This document shows, in pieces, positions 25,191 to 35,905 of a stretch of DNA of 64,000 nt (the first letter of the stretch is position 1; the number at the start of each line of letters is the position of its first letter). The stretch is taken from NCBI GenBank assembly GCA_051313645.2, contig JBNRSN020000027.1:53320001-53384000 (forward strand). Direction: 5' to 3'. The stretch is from Centroscyllium fabricii. Lineage: Eukaryota. The translations under genes were made by a program, and so were the position numbers. The notes beneath the pieces were generated by a model. The model was not told the origin of the DNA and made no database searches. It saw only the letters and a list, made by a program, of their open reading frames with translations.

Positions 25191-25195
25191 AAATA

Positions 25196-25719
25196 CAGGT
25201 TGAGCACCAGTAATCCGGTGCCCGATGGTCCGGCAGCTTCAGTGGTCCAGCACGATTGGAAACCGGCGCTCTTCATTTTGCGGAGCAGCCGCTCGGCAGC
25301 GCCACAGTTTCCCGCGAAGGGTGAGCGAGCGCCAAAGGCGTCGGGCGTTTGGGTTTCTATTTTTTCAGGTCTTGTAAGTGTTCTATCCCCGGGCCCCCTC
25401 CTGGGGAGTGTTCTACCCGCGCGCTCTGGGCCCCGGGGAGTGTTCTACCCGCGCGCTCCGGGCCCCGGGGAGTGTTCTACCCGCGTGCTCCGAGCCCCGG
25501 GGAGTGTTCTACCACGAGCACCGGGCCCCGGGGAGTGTTCTACCACGCATCCCGGGCCCCGGGGAGTGTTCTACCGCACGCTCCGGGCCCCGGGGAGTGT
25601 TCTACCACGCACCCCGGGCCCTGGGGAGTGTTCTACCGCGCGCTCCCCCTGAACCTTCAATGGTTTGGAATTTTCAGTGGGCCTGGTCCCGAGGTGCCGG
25701 ATTAACGGTGCTCAACCTG
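25196..25719 (+). mobile_element. Tc1/mariner (Tigger-like) MITE with an internal minisatellite
   Basis: TA then TIR CAGGTTGAGCACCAGTAATCCGG / CCGGATTAACGGTGCTCAACCTG; related ends at 49636-50105 and 63329. Confidence 0.75.
25389..25645. repeat. ~32-bp GC-rich minisatellite, ~8 copies
   Basis: GGGCCCCGGGGAGTGTTCTACC(C/A)CGCRCGCTCC units. Confidence 0.9.
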
Positions 25720-26004
25720 TTGTGTTTTAGTAATGTTGGTTCAGGGATAAATATTGGCCAGAACATGGGGGAGAACGCCTCTGCTCTTGTTCAGACTCGT
25801 GCCATGGGATTTATTACATCAACCTGAGAGAGTATTCAGGGCCTCAGTTTAATGTCTCATCCAAAAGACAACAGCCCCGACCTGTAAAAAAATCGCCGAA
25901 TTTACCTGGTGGTCCGGGAGGTACGGAGACTCGCACTCCTGGGCCTCACAGGGTACCCGCGGATAGAGGCCCACGTAGCTCCGGGGCCGGCCCAACCAAT
26001 AAAA

Positions 26005-26650
26005 GAAGGGAATCTCCAGGAGCTGCCGGGCCTGCACGTCCTCAGGCAGGTCGTGGGCCTGTAGTAGGCGTTCTTTCAAGGCCCCATACCTGTTCTCGCG
26101 CGGCGGTAGCCGCAGTAGATCAACGATGTCCGCACCGACGTGGCTGGGCAGGGCTGCCACGACGAGGAGGTAGCGGTCGGCATCGCTGTTGAGTCGCCAG
26201 AGCTTGAATTGGGCCTCCGCCTGGAGGATCCAAGTGGCTGCTTGGTGTTCCCAGAAGGTGGGGAGGCTGAGATTCCATGGCTGTTCAGCGGCTGGGCCCG
26301 GGGCGGCCGCGGTTTGCATGTTCGGGTCAGGCAGTTCGCTGTCTGGCATCGGGGTCACCAATTGTAGGGGTTATCCAACCTCCTACCTAAAGTTTTTACC
26401 AAAGAAACACAGTGCACCGGAGCACGAGTAAAACAGGTCTTTAATCATGAACTCCATACAATGACTGTTGGAAAAGGGCGCGAAAGCGCGAAGCATTGTG
26501 GGAAAAGAGATGGACAGTTCCTTAGGCCACTCAGGAACCAGGACAGGGACGCCGGCTGCCCAGTAGGGAAATGTAGGCGGGACTGACTGTGAAATGGGGA
26601 TTGTGACTTAAAGGGAAGACCCAGGGACTTCCCCCAGTAGCTACGCTACA
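26005..26650 (-). mobile_element. Truncated Gypsy element: 5' LTR, PBS-Trp and gag N-terminus
   Basis: LTR 26363-26650 (TGTAG...CTACA); PBS TGGTGACCCCGA complementary to the tRNA-Trp 3' end; gag LPTFW...W..QAEAQF...RY..VVAALP...YGALKERLL. Confidence 0.8.
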
Positions 26651-26744
26651 ATGCAATGATGTGGAGGTGCCGGTGTTGGACTCGGGTGGACAATTGTAAG
26701 AAGTCACACAACACCAGATTATAGTCCAACAGTTTTATTTGAAA

Positions 26745-26781
26745 TCACAAGCTTTCGGAGCGCAGCTCCTTCATCAGGTGA
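26745..26781 (-). ncRNA. Putative minimal type I hammerhead ribozyme
   Basis: Minus strand UCAC-CUGAUGA-A-GGAGC(UGC)GCUCC-GAAA-GCUU-GUGA. Confidence 0.65.
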
Positions 26782-27007
26782 AGTGACGAGATTCATTTAA
26801 ACACCGCATATATAGAGCGAGAGAACAATGTAATCTCTCCAACTGTTCAACATCACACCTCAGCAGAGAGACATTCATAGCAATCAAAGGTGTGAATGGT
26901 GTTTTAACAGATCAGTCAGGCAGGCACCACCCTGAGATCAATGAGGTGCAGTCACTAAGGGTCAAATCTCCCTCTATATATGCTGTGTTTAAATGAATCT
27001 CTTCACT

Positions 27008-27044
27008 TCACCTGATGAAGGAGCTACGCTCCGAAAGCTTGTGA
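27008..27044 (+). ncRNA. Putative minimal type I hammerhead ribozyme
   Basis: UCAC-CUGAUGA-A-GGAGC(UAC)GCUCC-GAAA-GCUU-GUGA: stem I UCAC/GUGA, stem II GGAGC/GCUCC, palindromic stem III AGCU. Confidence 0.65.
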
Positions 27045-27192
27045 TTTCAAATAAAACTGTTGGACTATAATCTGGTGTTGTGTGACTTCTTATACTTATG
27101 GAAGTTGAGTACAAAAGGAAGCCCCATAAGTATGAGTTGGAATCACTTAAAAAAATACACGAACACATGAAATAAAAAACTTTTTAAATTAC

Positions 27193-27550
27193 GGGGGGAA
27201 AATTCGGTTGCTTTGCGCCTCCCGTTAGAGCCCAGGTGTGGCGATGTTTGAGCCGCTCGCGAAATTGACCAGACATTTTGTGGCGGCACTAAATACTACC
27301 GCCACAATATCCTGCGCCCACAGATCGGATATTGAGTGGCGGCCCCTGCCTTACCGCCTGCCGCTAGCAACGACAGGTTGAGGGGAACGTTTTGCAGTCG
27401 GGAAGGGACTGGGGGAGCGCTATTTAAAGGCGACCGCTTCCTGACTTTTTTTGTCGGCGACATTTTTGCACCACGCATTCTGAGAGAGAGAGATTTCTGG
27501 AGAGATTCAACGCTGTGTGAAGGAGTTTTGGGTGCTGAGCAGCACTTTGC
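27193..27550 (+). mobile_element. Left part of a family B MITE
   Basis: GGGGGGAAAATTCGGTTG start; shares TGGCGATGTTTG.GCCGCTCGCGAAATTGACCAGACATTTTG with the copy at 5541. Confidence 0.65.
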
Positions 27551-28061
27551 AGGTTCATTTTGATTATGCATGCTTTTACCAGGTGCAAGAATTTCACGGT
27601 CATTCATCGGGCAGAAGTTGGGCAAATAGCACAACTCTCCGCCCGCAGGGACCCTTTTCCCGGGAATGCGGATCATCTGTCAAGAGAATTTTTGACAGAT
27701 CGCACGTTCCGGGTTTTCGCGCAAGTGCTTCACATGACTAAACCCAGAACTTGCACGGCCCCTTCGGGCGCGTGTGCTCATTGTACACACCCGTGGGGGT
27801 CGGAAGATGTGTCAGCCTTCGACTTTGTGCTGTCTGTCCTGGAGTGGAACTTGAACCTGCAGCTTTCTGAGATTAAAGTGAGAGCGCAAAACAGTTAATG
27901 CATTTCAAAGACATTCAATGTATTAGAAGTGTCTTGAGATGTATCTGAGACCTTATAAGGCACCAAATTCTTCTTCTTAAATTGGCAGCTTACTCAGGAA
28001 GGACACTGGATTGAATGCCGGGTGTGTGAAATGGAAGAATGTTGTTAGATACCCAACTGAC

Positions 28062-31000
28062 ACTCAGCCTGGGAGTGAGATACTCAGCCTGGGAGTGAGA
28101 TACTCAGCCTGGGAGTGAGATAACCAGCCTGGGAGTGAGATACTCAGCTTGGGAGTGAGATACTCAGCCTGGGAGTGAGATACTCAGCCTGGGAGTGAGA
28201 TACTCAGCCTGGGAGTGAGATACTCGGCCTGGGAGTGAGATACCCGGCCTGGGAGTGAGATACTCAGCCTGGGAGTGAGATACCCAGCCTGGGAGTGAAG
28301 ATACCCAGCCTGGGAGTGAGATACTCAGCCTGGGAGTGAGATACTCCGCCTGGGAGTGACGATACTCCGCCTGGGAGTGAAGATACTCAGCCTGGGAGTG
28401 AGATACTCCGCCTGGGAGTGAGATACTCAGCCTGGGAGTGAGATACTCCGCCTGGGAGTGAGATACCCAGCCTGAGAGTGAAGATACTCCGCCTGGGAGT
28501 GAGATACTCCGCCTGGGAGTGAGATACTCAGCCTGGGAGTGAGATACTCCGCCTGGGAGTGAGATACTCAGCCTGGGAGTGAGATACTCAGCCTGGGAGT
28601 GAAGATACTCAGCCTGGGAGTGAGATACTCAGCCTGGGAGTGAGATACCCAGCCTGCGAGTGAGATACTCAGCCTGGGAGTGAAGATACTCCGCCTGGGA
28701 GTGAGATACTCAGCCTGGGAGTGAGATACCCGGCCTGGGAGTGAGATACTCAGCCTGGGAGTGAGATACTCAGCCTGGGAGTGAGATACTCAGCCTGGGA
28801 GTGAGATACTCAGCTTGGGAGTGAGATACTCAGCCTGGGAGTGAGATACTCAGACTGGGAGTGAGATACTCAGCCTGGGAGTGAGATACCCGGCCTGGGA
28901 GTGAGATACTCAGCCTGGGAATGAGATACTCAGCCTGGGAGTGAGATACCCAGCCTGGGGGTGAAGATACCCAGCCTGGGAGTGAGATACTCAGCCTGGG
29001 AGTGAGATACTCAGCCTGGGAGTGAGATACTCAGCCTGGGAGTGAGATACTCAGCCTGGGAGTGAGATACCCAGCCTGGGAGTGAGATACTCAGCCTGGG
29101 AGTGAAGTACTCAGCCTGGGAGTGAGATACTCAGCCTGGGAGTGAGATACCCAGCCTGGGCGTGAAGATACCCGGCCTGGGAGTGAGATACCCAGCCTGG
29201 GAGTGAGATACTCAGCCTGGGAGTGAGATACTCAGCCTGGGAGTGAGATACTCAGCCTGGGAGTGAGATACTCAGCCTGGGAGTGAGATACCCAGCCTGG
29301 GAGTGAGATACTCAGCCTGGGAGTAAGATACTCAGCCTGGGAGTGAGATACTCAGCCTGGGAGTGAGATACCCAGCCTGGGAGTGAGATACTCAGCCTGG
29401 GAGTGAAGATACCTGGCCTGGGAGTGAAGATACCTGGCCTGGGAGTGAGATACCCAGCCTGGGGGCTGAGATACCCAGCCTGGGAGTGAAGATACTCAGC
29501 CTGAGAGTGAAGATACTCAGCCTGGGAGTGAGATACTCAGCTTGGGAGTGAGACACTCAGCCTGGGAGTGACATACTCAACCTGGGAGTGAAGATACTCA
29601 GCCTGGGAGTGAGATACTCAGCCTGGGAGTGAAGATACCCAGCCTGGGAGTGAGATACTCAGCCTGGGAGTGAGATACTCAGCCTGGGAGTGAAGATACC
29701 CAGCCTGGGAGTGAGATACTCAGCCTGGGAGTGAGATACTCAACCTGGGAGTGAAGATACTCAGCCTGGGAGTGAGATACTCAGCCTGGGAGTGAGATAC
29801 CCAGCCTGGGAGTGAAGATACCCAGCCTGGGAGTGAGATACTCAACCTGGGAGTGAAGATACTCAGCCTGGGAGTGAGATACTCAGCCTGGGAGTGAGAT
29901 ACTCAACCTGGGAGTGAAGATACTCAGCCTGGGAGTGAGATACGCAGCCTGGGAGTGAGATACACAGCCTGGGAGTGAGATACTCAGCCTGGGAGTGAGA
30001 TACCCAGCCTGGGAGTGAGATACTCAGCCTGGGAGTGAAGATACCCAGCCTGGGAGTGAAGATACCCAGCCTGGGAGTGAGATACTCAGCCTGGGAGTGA
30101 GATACTCAGCCTGGGAGTGAGATACTCAGCCTGGGAGTGAGATACCCAGCCTGGGAGTGAGATACTCAGCCTGGGAGTGAGATACTCAGCCTGGGAGTGA
30201 GATACTCAGCCTGGGAGTGAGATACCCAGCCTGGGAGTGAGATACCCAGCCTCGGAGTGAGATACTCAGCCTGGGAGTGAGATACTCAGCCTGGGAGTGA
30301 AGATACCCAGCCTGGGAGTGAGATACTCAGCCTGGGAGTGAGATACTCAGCCTGGGAGTGAGATACTCAGCCTGGGAGTGAGATGCTCAGCCTGGGAGTG
30401 AGATACCCGGCCTGGGAGTGAGATACCCGGCCTGGGAGTGAGATACTCAGCCTGGGAGTGAGATACTCAGCCTGGGAGTGAGATACCCGGCCTGGGAGTG
30501 AAGATACCCGGCCTGGGAGTGAGATACCCAGCCTGGGAGTGAGATACTCAGCCTGGGAGTGAGGTAATCAGCCTGGGAGTGAGATACTCAGCCCGGGAGT
30601 GAGATACCCAGCCTGGGGGTGAAGATACCCGGCCTGGGAGTGAGATACCCAGCCTGGGAGTGAGATACTCAGCCTGGGAGTGAGATACCCAGCCTGGGAG
30701 TGAGATACCCAGCCTGGGAGTGAGGTACTCAGCCTGGGAGTGAGATACTCAGCCTAGGAGTGAGATACTCAGCCTGCGAGTGAGATACCCAGCCTGGGAG
30801 TGAGATACTCAGCCTGGGAGTGAAGATACCCGGCCTGGGAGTGAGACACCCAGCCTGGGAGCTGAGATACCCAGCCTGGGAGTGAAGATACTCAGCCTGA
30901 GAGTGAAGATACTCAGCCTGGGAGTGAGATACTCAGCTTGGGAGTGAGATACTCAGCCTGGGAGTGAAGATACTCAGCCTGGGAGTGAAGATACCCAGCC

Positions 31001-32172
31001 TGGGAGTGAGATACTCAGCCTGGGAGTGAGATACTCAGCCTGGGAGTGAAGATACCCAGCCTGGGAGTGAGATACTCAGCCTGGGAGTGAGATACTCAAC
31101 CTGGGAGTGAGATACTCAGCCTGGGAGTGAGATACTCAGCCTGGGAGTGAAGATACCCAGCCTGGGAGTGAGATACCCAGCCTGGGAGTGAGATATCCAG
31201 CCTGGGAGTGAAGATACTCAGCCTGGGAGTGAGATACTCAGCCTGGGAGTGAAGATACCCAGCCTGGGAGTGAGATACTCAGCCTGGGAGTGAGATACTC
31301 AGCCTGGGAGTGAAGATACCCAGCCTGGGAGTGAGATACCCAGCCTGGGAGTGAGATATCCAGCCTGGGAGTGAAGATACTCAGCCTGGGAGTGAGATAC
31401 TCAGCCTGGGAGTGAAGATACCCAGCCTGGGAGTGAGATACTCAGCCTGGGAGCGAGATACCCAGCCTGGGAGTGAGATATCCAGCCTGGGAGTGAGATA
31501 CCCGGCCTGGGAGTGAGATACCCGACCTGGGAGTGAGATACTCAGCCTGGGAGTGAGATACTCAGCCTGGGAGTGAAGATACCCAGCCTGGGAGTGAGAT
31601 ACTCAGCCTGGGAGTGAGATACCCAGCCTGGGAGTGAGATACCCAGCCTGGGAGTGAAGATACCCAGCCTGGGAGTGAGATACTCAGCCTGGGAGTGAAA
31701 TACTCAGCCTGGGAGTGAGATACCCGGCCTGGGAGTGAGATACCCGGCCTGGCAGTGAGATACTCAGCCTGGGAGTGAGATACTCAGCCTGGGAGTGAGA
31801 TACTCAGCCTGGGAGTGAGATACCCAGCCTGGGAGTGAAGATACCCGGCCTGGGAGTAAGATACCCGGCCTGGGAGTGAGATACCCAGCCTGGGAGTGAG
31901 ATACTCAGCCTGGGAGGGAGATACTCAGCCTGGGAGTGAGATACTCAGCCTGGGAGTGAGATACCCAGCCTGGGAGTGAAGATTCCCGGCCTGGGAGTGA
32001 GTTACCCATCCTGGGAGTGAGATATCCAGCCTGGGAGTGAGATACCCGGCCTGGGAGCTGAGATACTCAGCCTGGGAGTGAGCTACCCAGCCTGGGAGTG
32101 AGGTACCCAGCCTGGGAGTGAGATACTCAGCCTGGGAGTGAAGATACCCAGCCTGGGAGTGAAGATACCCAG
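28062..32172. repeat. Homogeneous tandem array, 20-bp unit with 21-bp variants, ~200 copies
   Basis: (ACTCAGCCTGGGAGTGAGAT)n with ACCC/ACTC and GTGAAGAT variants; ~4 more units at 32800-32889. Confidence 0.97.
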
Positions 32173-32799
32173 TAGCATGGTCGTTGCGCATTTTGACCGG
32201 GAAAAAAATGGTAGTAAGCTGATTTTTGCACCAGATGAGCAGAATGTGCCATAAAACAACATATCCAAAATCCGCTAAAATCTTCTTTGGGGAAAAAATA
32301 TTATCCAAGATGAGATTTTTAGTGCCTTTGAAAAGGTGTAGGGGTCAAATAATTTAATTTTGTACTTATCTAAATCACTATAAATTCTTCTAATTCTTCT
32401 ATAATTTACTCTGGGTCGAGAAGATATGGTGGTTTTAGATCCGTTGTAGTTATGGTATTTCATGCGTAAAATGCATTTTTTGGGCTTTTATGAATTGTAT
32501 TTAGGTTCCAGTCATCGCCCCCGCCATTTTTTAAAATAATTTTTAACTACTAAGTCTTTGTATTTTCTTTAATGAAGGTGAATTAACCCCCAAAGTCAAA
32601 TAAAAATCTTACCTTTGACATTTTCGATACAAAAATATGCAAAATATTCCAACGCTCATTAAAAATTTTCCCCAGAGCGGAATTTGGCGGATTTTGGATA
32701 TGTTGTTCTATGATATATACTAATCATCTGGTACAAAAATCAGCTTACTACCATTTTTTTCCGGGTAGCACCACTCTTTCATCCTCAACAACCATACTA
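32173..32799. mobile_element. AT-rich non-autonomous DNA transposon with long imperfect TIRs (Academ-like)
   Basis: Termini TAGCATGGTCGTTG / CAACAACCATACTA; ~100-bp imperfect TIRs; 3-bp TSD CAG (32170-32172, 32800-32802); splits the array. Confidence 0.7.
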
Positions 32800-33556
32800 C
32801 AGCCTGGGAGTGAGTTACCCATCCTGGGAGTGAGATATCCAGCCTGGGAGTGAGATAACCGGCCTGGGAGTGAAATACTCAGCCTGGGAATGCTTGATAC
32901 TGACACCAGGTGCCTGAAATGAGAAAGTGTTGCCTTCTCAAGTACCAACATCCCACAGCTTAATAAGCAGAACATTTGCACAGAAACCGATATACAACCA
33001 CGCAAACAGAATTATTGAATCAATGTACACTCCTGAGAATGGCATGTTAGCAAAATGTACATCTGCACCATCATGGGACCAGTGTAAAATTGTTGCATTT
33101 GTTTTAAATTATAATGATATTTTTAAGTGTGAGTACCCTTTGGGTTTTTTATTAATGCCAGATTCCACTGAGGATTTTTCAAATAGCAACAGTAATGGGA
33201 ACTAATACTGCAGCATCAGTGACACAAATTCATTCAATGGGCTAGCAAGGGTCTTGACATTGCTCGCAGTTGCCAAAAAAATCAGTGATGTGTCCTTATC
33301 TCCATAGCAACAGCTGCTAAGTGGTTGTCTCACAAAAACACCTTCACTGGAAGTCCTTCCCTCGTGAAAGCTGTAGGCTTCCCTCCCTCACAGTGGCCTA
33401 GAAATTGGATCAGACAGTGCCCGTTCGTCATTCAAAAAATTGGCATTGATATGGCGTGCATGCTCAGTCTACACTGGTAGAGCGCTGCGTGTCAAATTGG
33501 TTAGTGCGCTCCGGAGTCGTCCAGTGAGCTCACCTGGAAATAACGTTAGACCCGTA

Positions 33557-34392
33557 GGGCAGGATTTTCATTGGGCCATGGAGGTGGGATTGGAGGCGTG
33601 TGGGGGGTTAAAATCTCGAAATCGGGGGGCACGAACCCATCCCGCCCCTACCCCGCCTCCATGCCAGTTTCAAAGGAGGCGGGTACCGATCCGCACTGGG
33701 ACCCACCTCCCCGAAGCGGGAAGAGGATTAGTGCCAATTAACTGCCTATTAACAGGTAGTTAACAGGCAATTTTTAGCCTAATCGCTATTTTCAATGATG
33801 AAATGTGGGATTCCCGACGGCTCCAAACCACGCCAAGTTAGCGAGGTGGACCGTCGGGCTGAAGGGCTTGGAGGGGTCGAGATGTCTGGTGTTCAGGTGA
33901 GTGATGGGTGCATGAGTGCAGAGGTAAATGTGTTTGGTGTGTAAAGTGTTTAATGAAGTTTTAATTACCTTTACTTACAGCCTACCTTCCTTCAGGTCTC
34001 TGGAGTCCCTCATCTCACCGGCACAGAAAGCAGAATGGCTGCGAACTGTCAAAAATTGCAGCATTCAGCTTTCTGTTCCTGGGAGATCTCTAAATCAGCC
34101 CGAGAGGAAGGAATTAACCTGGAGTACAGATTGCCAGTGTTTGACAGCTTCAAACAGCTGTGAAGCGCTGATATTTCATCTGTCTAAAGCTCTTGACAGA
34201 TGAAATGTCAATCTGTGACGCCACCTGTTACCGGGTGGCCCTTAATTGGCCTGCTGAGCCCACTGGGCGAGCTCAACAAGGTCAATCAAGTGAAAATCAC
34301 AAGTGGTTGGCAACAACTCGATGGAGGCGCGACTACAACCCCAAAAATTGTAGTCCCGCCTCCTATACGCCTCCAGTAACAAAATCCAGCCC
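33557..34392. mobile_element. PIF/Harbinger-like MITE
   Basis: TIR GGGCAGGATTTT / AAAATCCAGCCC; TSD not clear. Confidence 0.5.
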
Positions 34393-34534
34393 ATTGCCTG
34401 TGCAAATGAGAGGCCTAGTCCGCATTTCAGACATTTTGGGAAATCTCCTATCCCTCCACCCCTCCTCCAGCCCTGGAATCACCTGGTGCCGGCATCCCTG
34501 CCGGACACCTTTGCTCCCCTGCCTGACTGGTACA

Positions 34535-34977
34535 CTTCAGCCAAGGTTCAGTGGGTAGCACTCTTGCCTCAGAAGACCATAAAGTCAAATCCCACTCCAG
34601 AGACTTGGGCACATAATCCAGGCCGACACACCCAGTGCAGTGCTGAGGGGGTGCTGCACTGTTGGGGGTGCCATCTATTGGATGAGGCATTAAACCAAGG
34701 CCCCATCTGCCCTCTCAGGTGGATGCAAAAGATCCCATGGCCACTATTTTGAAGAAGAGCAGGGGGAGTTTTCCCTGTTGTCCTGGCCAATATTTATCCC
34801 TCAACCAACATCACTAAAACAGATTATCTGATGATTATCCCATTGCTCTTATTATCTCATTGGACCTTGCTGTGTTAAATTAGGCGGCCGTGTTTCCTAC
34901 ATTACCATAATGACTACACTTCAAAAAGTGCCTCCTTGACTGCAAAGTGTTTTGGGATGTCCTGAGGTTGTGACAGG
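34535..34977 (+). mobile_element. Deu-domain SINE (SacSINE-like)
   Basis: tRNA-like head, core CAGTGCAGTGCTGAGGG...GGATGAG...TAAACC...CTCTCAGGTGGATG.AAAAGATCCC, L2-type tail. Confidence 0.6.
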
Positions 34978-35452
34978 CCCCCCCAAAAATGCAAGTCTTC
35001 CTTTGGAACGGGACTGAAGCCTCCAGCACTCTGGTCATGACTTGACGACGGAAGAGGGCCGATTTCATGTGGTCCTCTTGCGCTTCAGTTTTGGCGCAGC
35101 GGTCGTTGTCACCGCTTGAGTTCAGGCCGAACCCGGGCGCCAACCAGTGTTTTTAGACTAAAGTTCCATTTAGGTCATTGGCTGAAGTTGCCTCTTCTAT
35201 TCTAAATAAAAATCTCGCCCACAAAAAAAACGATAAATAGAGCAGCAATTTGTACTCTGTAAAATTTGAAGTGACGCCATCTTCATGAAAAAGTGTTTGG
35301 TAGCAAGCCTTCTCATTGCCCATGACATCAAGTCCAAATTGATAGATCAATCGAAATTCAATTAAAGGGTTTGGCAAATTTGGTTTCATGAAGCTGTAGC
35401 GTGATCTCGCTAGGCCGCACCTCGTGCACTGCATTCAGTCTGGTCTCTAAAG

Positions 35453-35905
35453 CAGCGTTCCCCAAACGCCGGTCCGCGACCTGGTGCCGGGCCGCGGGAC
35501 ATTCTTACCGGGCCGCGGACGGGTCTGTGAATCGGCGCATGCGCAGATCAATTGGCGACGGGCCGCGGCAGGGTCTGTGAATCGGTGCATGCACCGATCA
35601 TTCACCGACGGAAGACGTTCGAGGTACAGACGGAAGACAGCACCCCGCCGGTCAGTCAAAAAATCTCCGCCAGCACCCCACCCCGTCAGTCAAAAAATCT
35701 CCGCCAGCACCCCTCCCCCTCCCCCCCGTCAGTCAAAAAATCTCCGCCAGCACCCCCCCCCCCCCCGGTCAGTCAAAAAATCTCCGCCAGCACCCCCCCG
35801 CCCCCGGTCAGTCAAAAAATCTCCGGCAGCACCCTCCCTGCCGGGCCGCGAAAAAATTGTGAACCTCAAAACGGGCCGCGGAGCAAAAAAGGTTGGGGAC
35901 CCCTG
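35453..35905. mobile_element. hAT (Charlie-like) MITE with internal tandem repeats
   Basis: CAGCGTTCCCCAAAC / GGTTGGGGACCCCTG; exact 8-bp TSD CTCTAAAG (35445-35452, 35906-35913); 5 copies of GTCAGTCAAAAAATCTCCG.CAGCACCC. Confidence 0.9.

Larger units (their letters stand above)
26657..27092 (-). mobile_element. Hairpin retroelement family 1 (Penelope pseudo-LTR-like), both hammerhead cores intact
   Basis: ~125-bp inverted arms 26697-26823 / 26968-27092; tail 26657-26695; each arm has TATATA, hammerhead core and AATAAA. Confidence 0.8.

Noticed and set aside
28062-32172. CRISPR-like array
   Set aside because: Units are contiguous with no unique spacers, no cas genes, and the context is vertebrate
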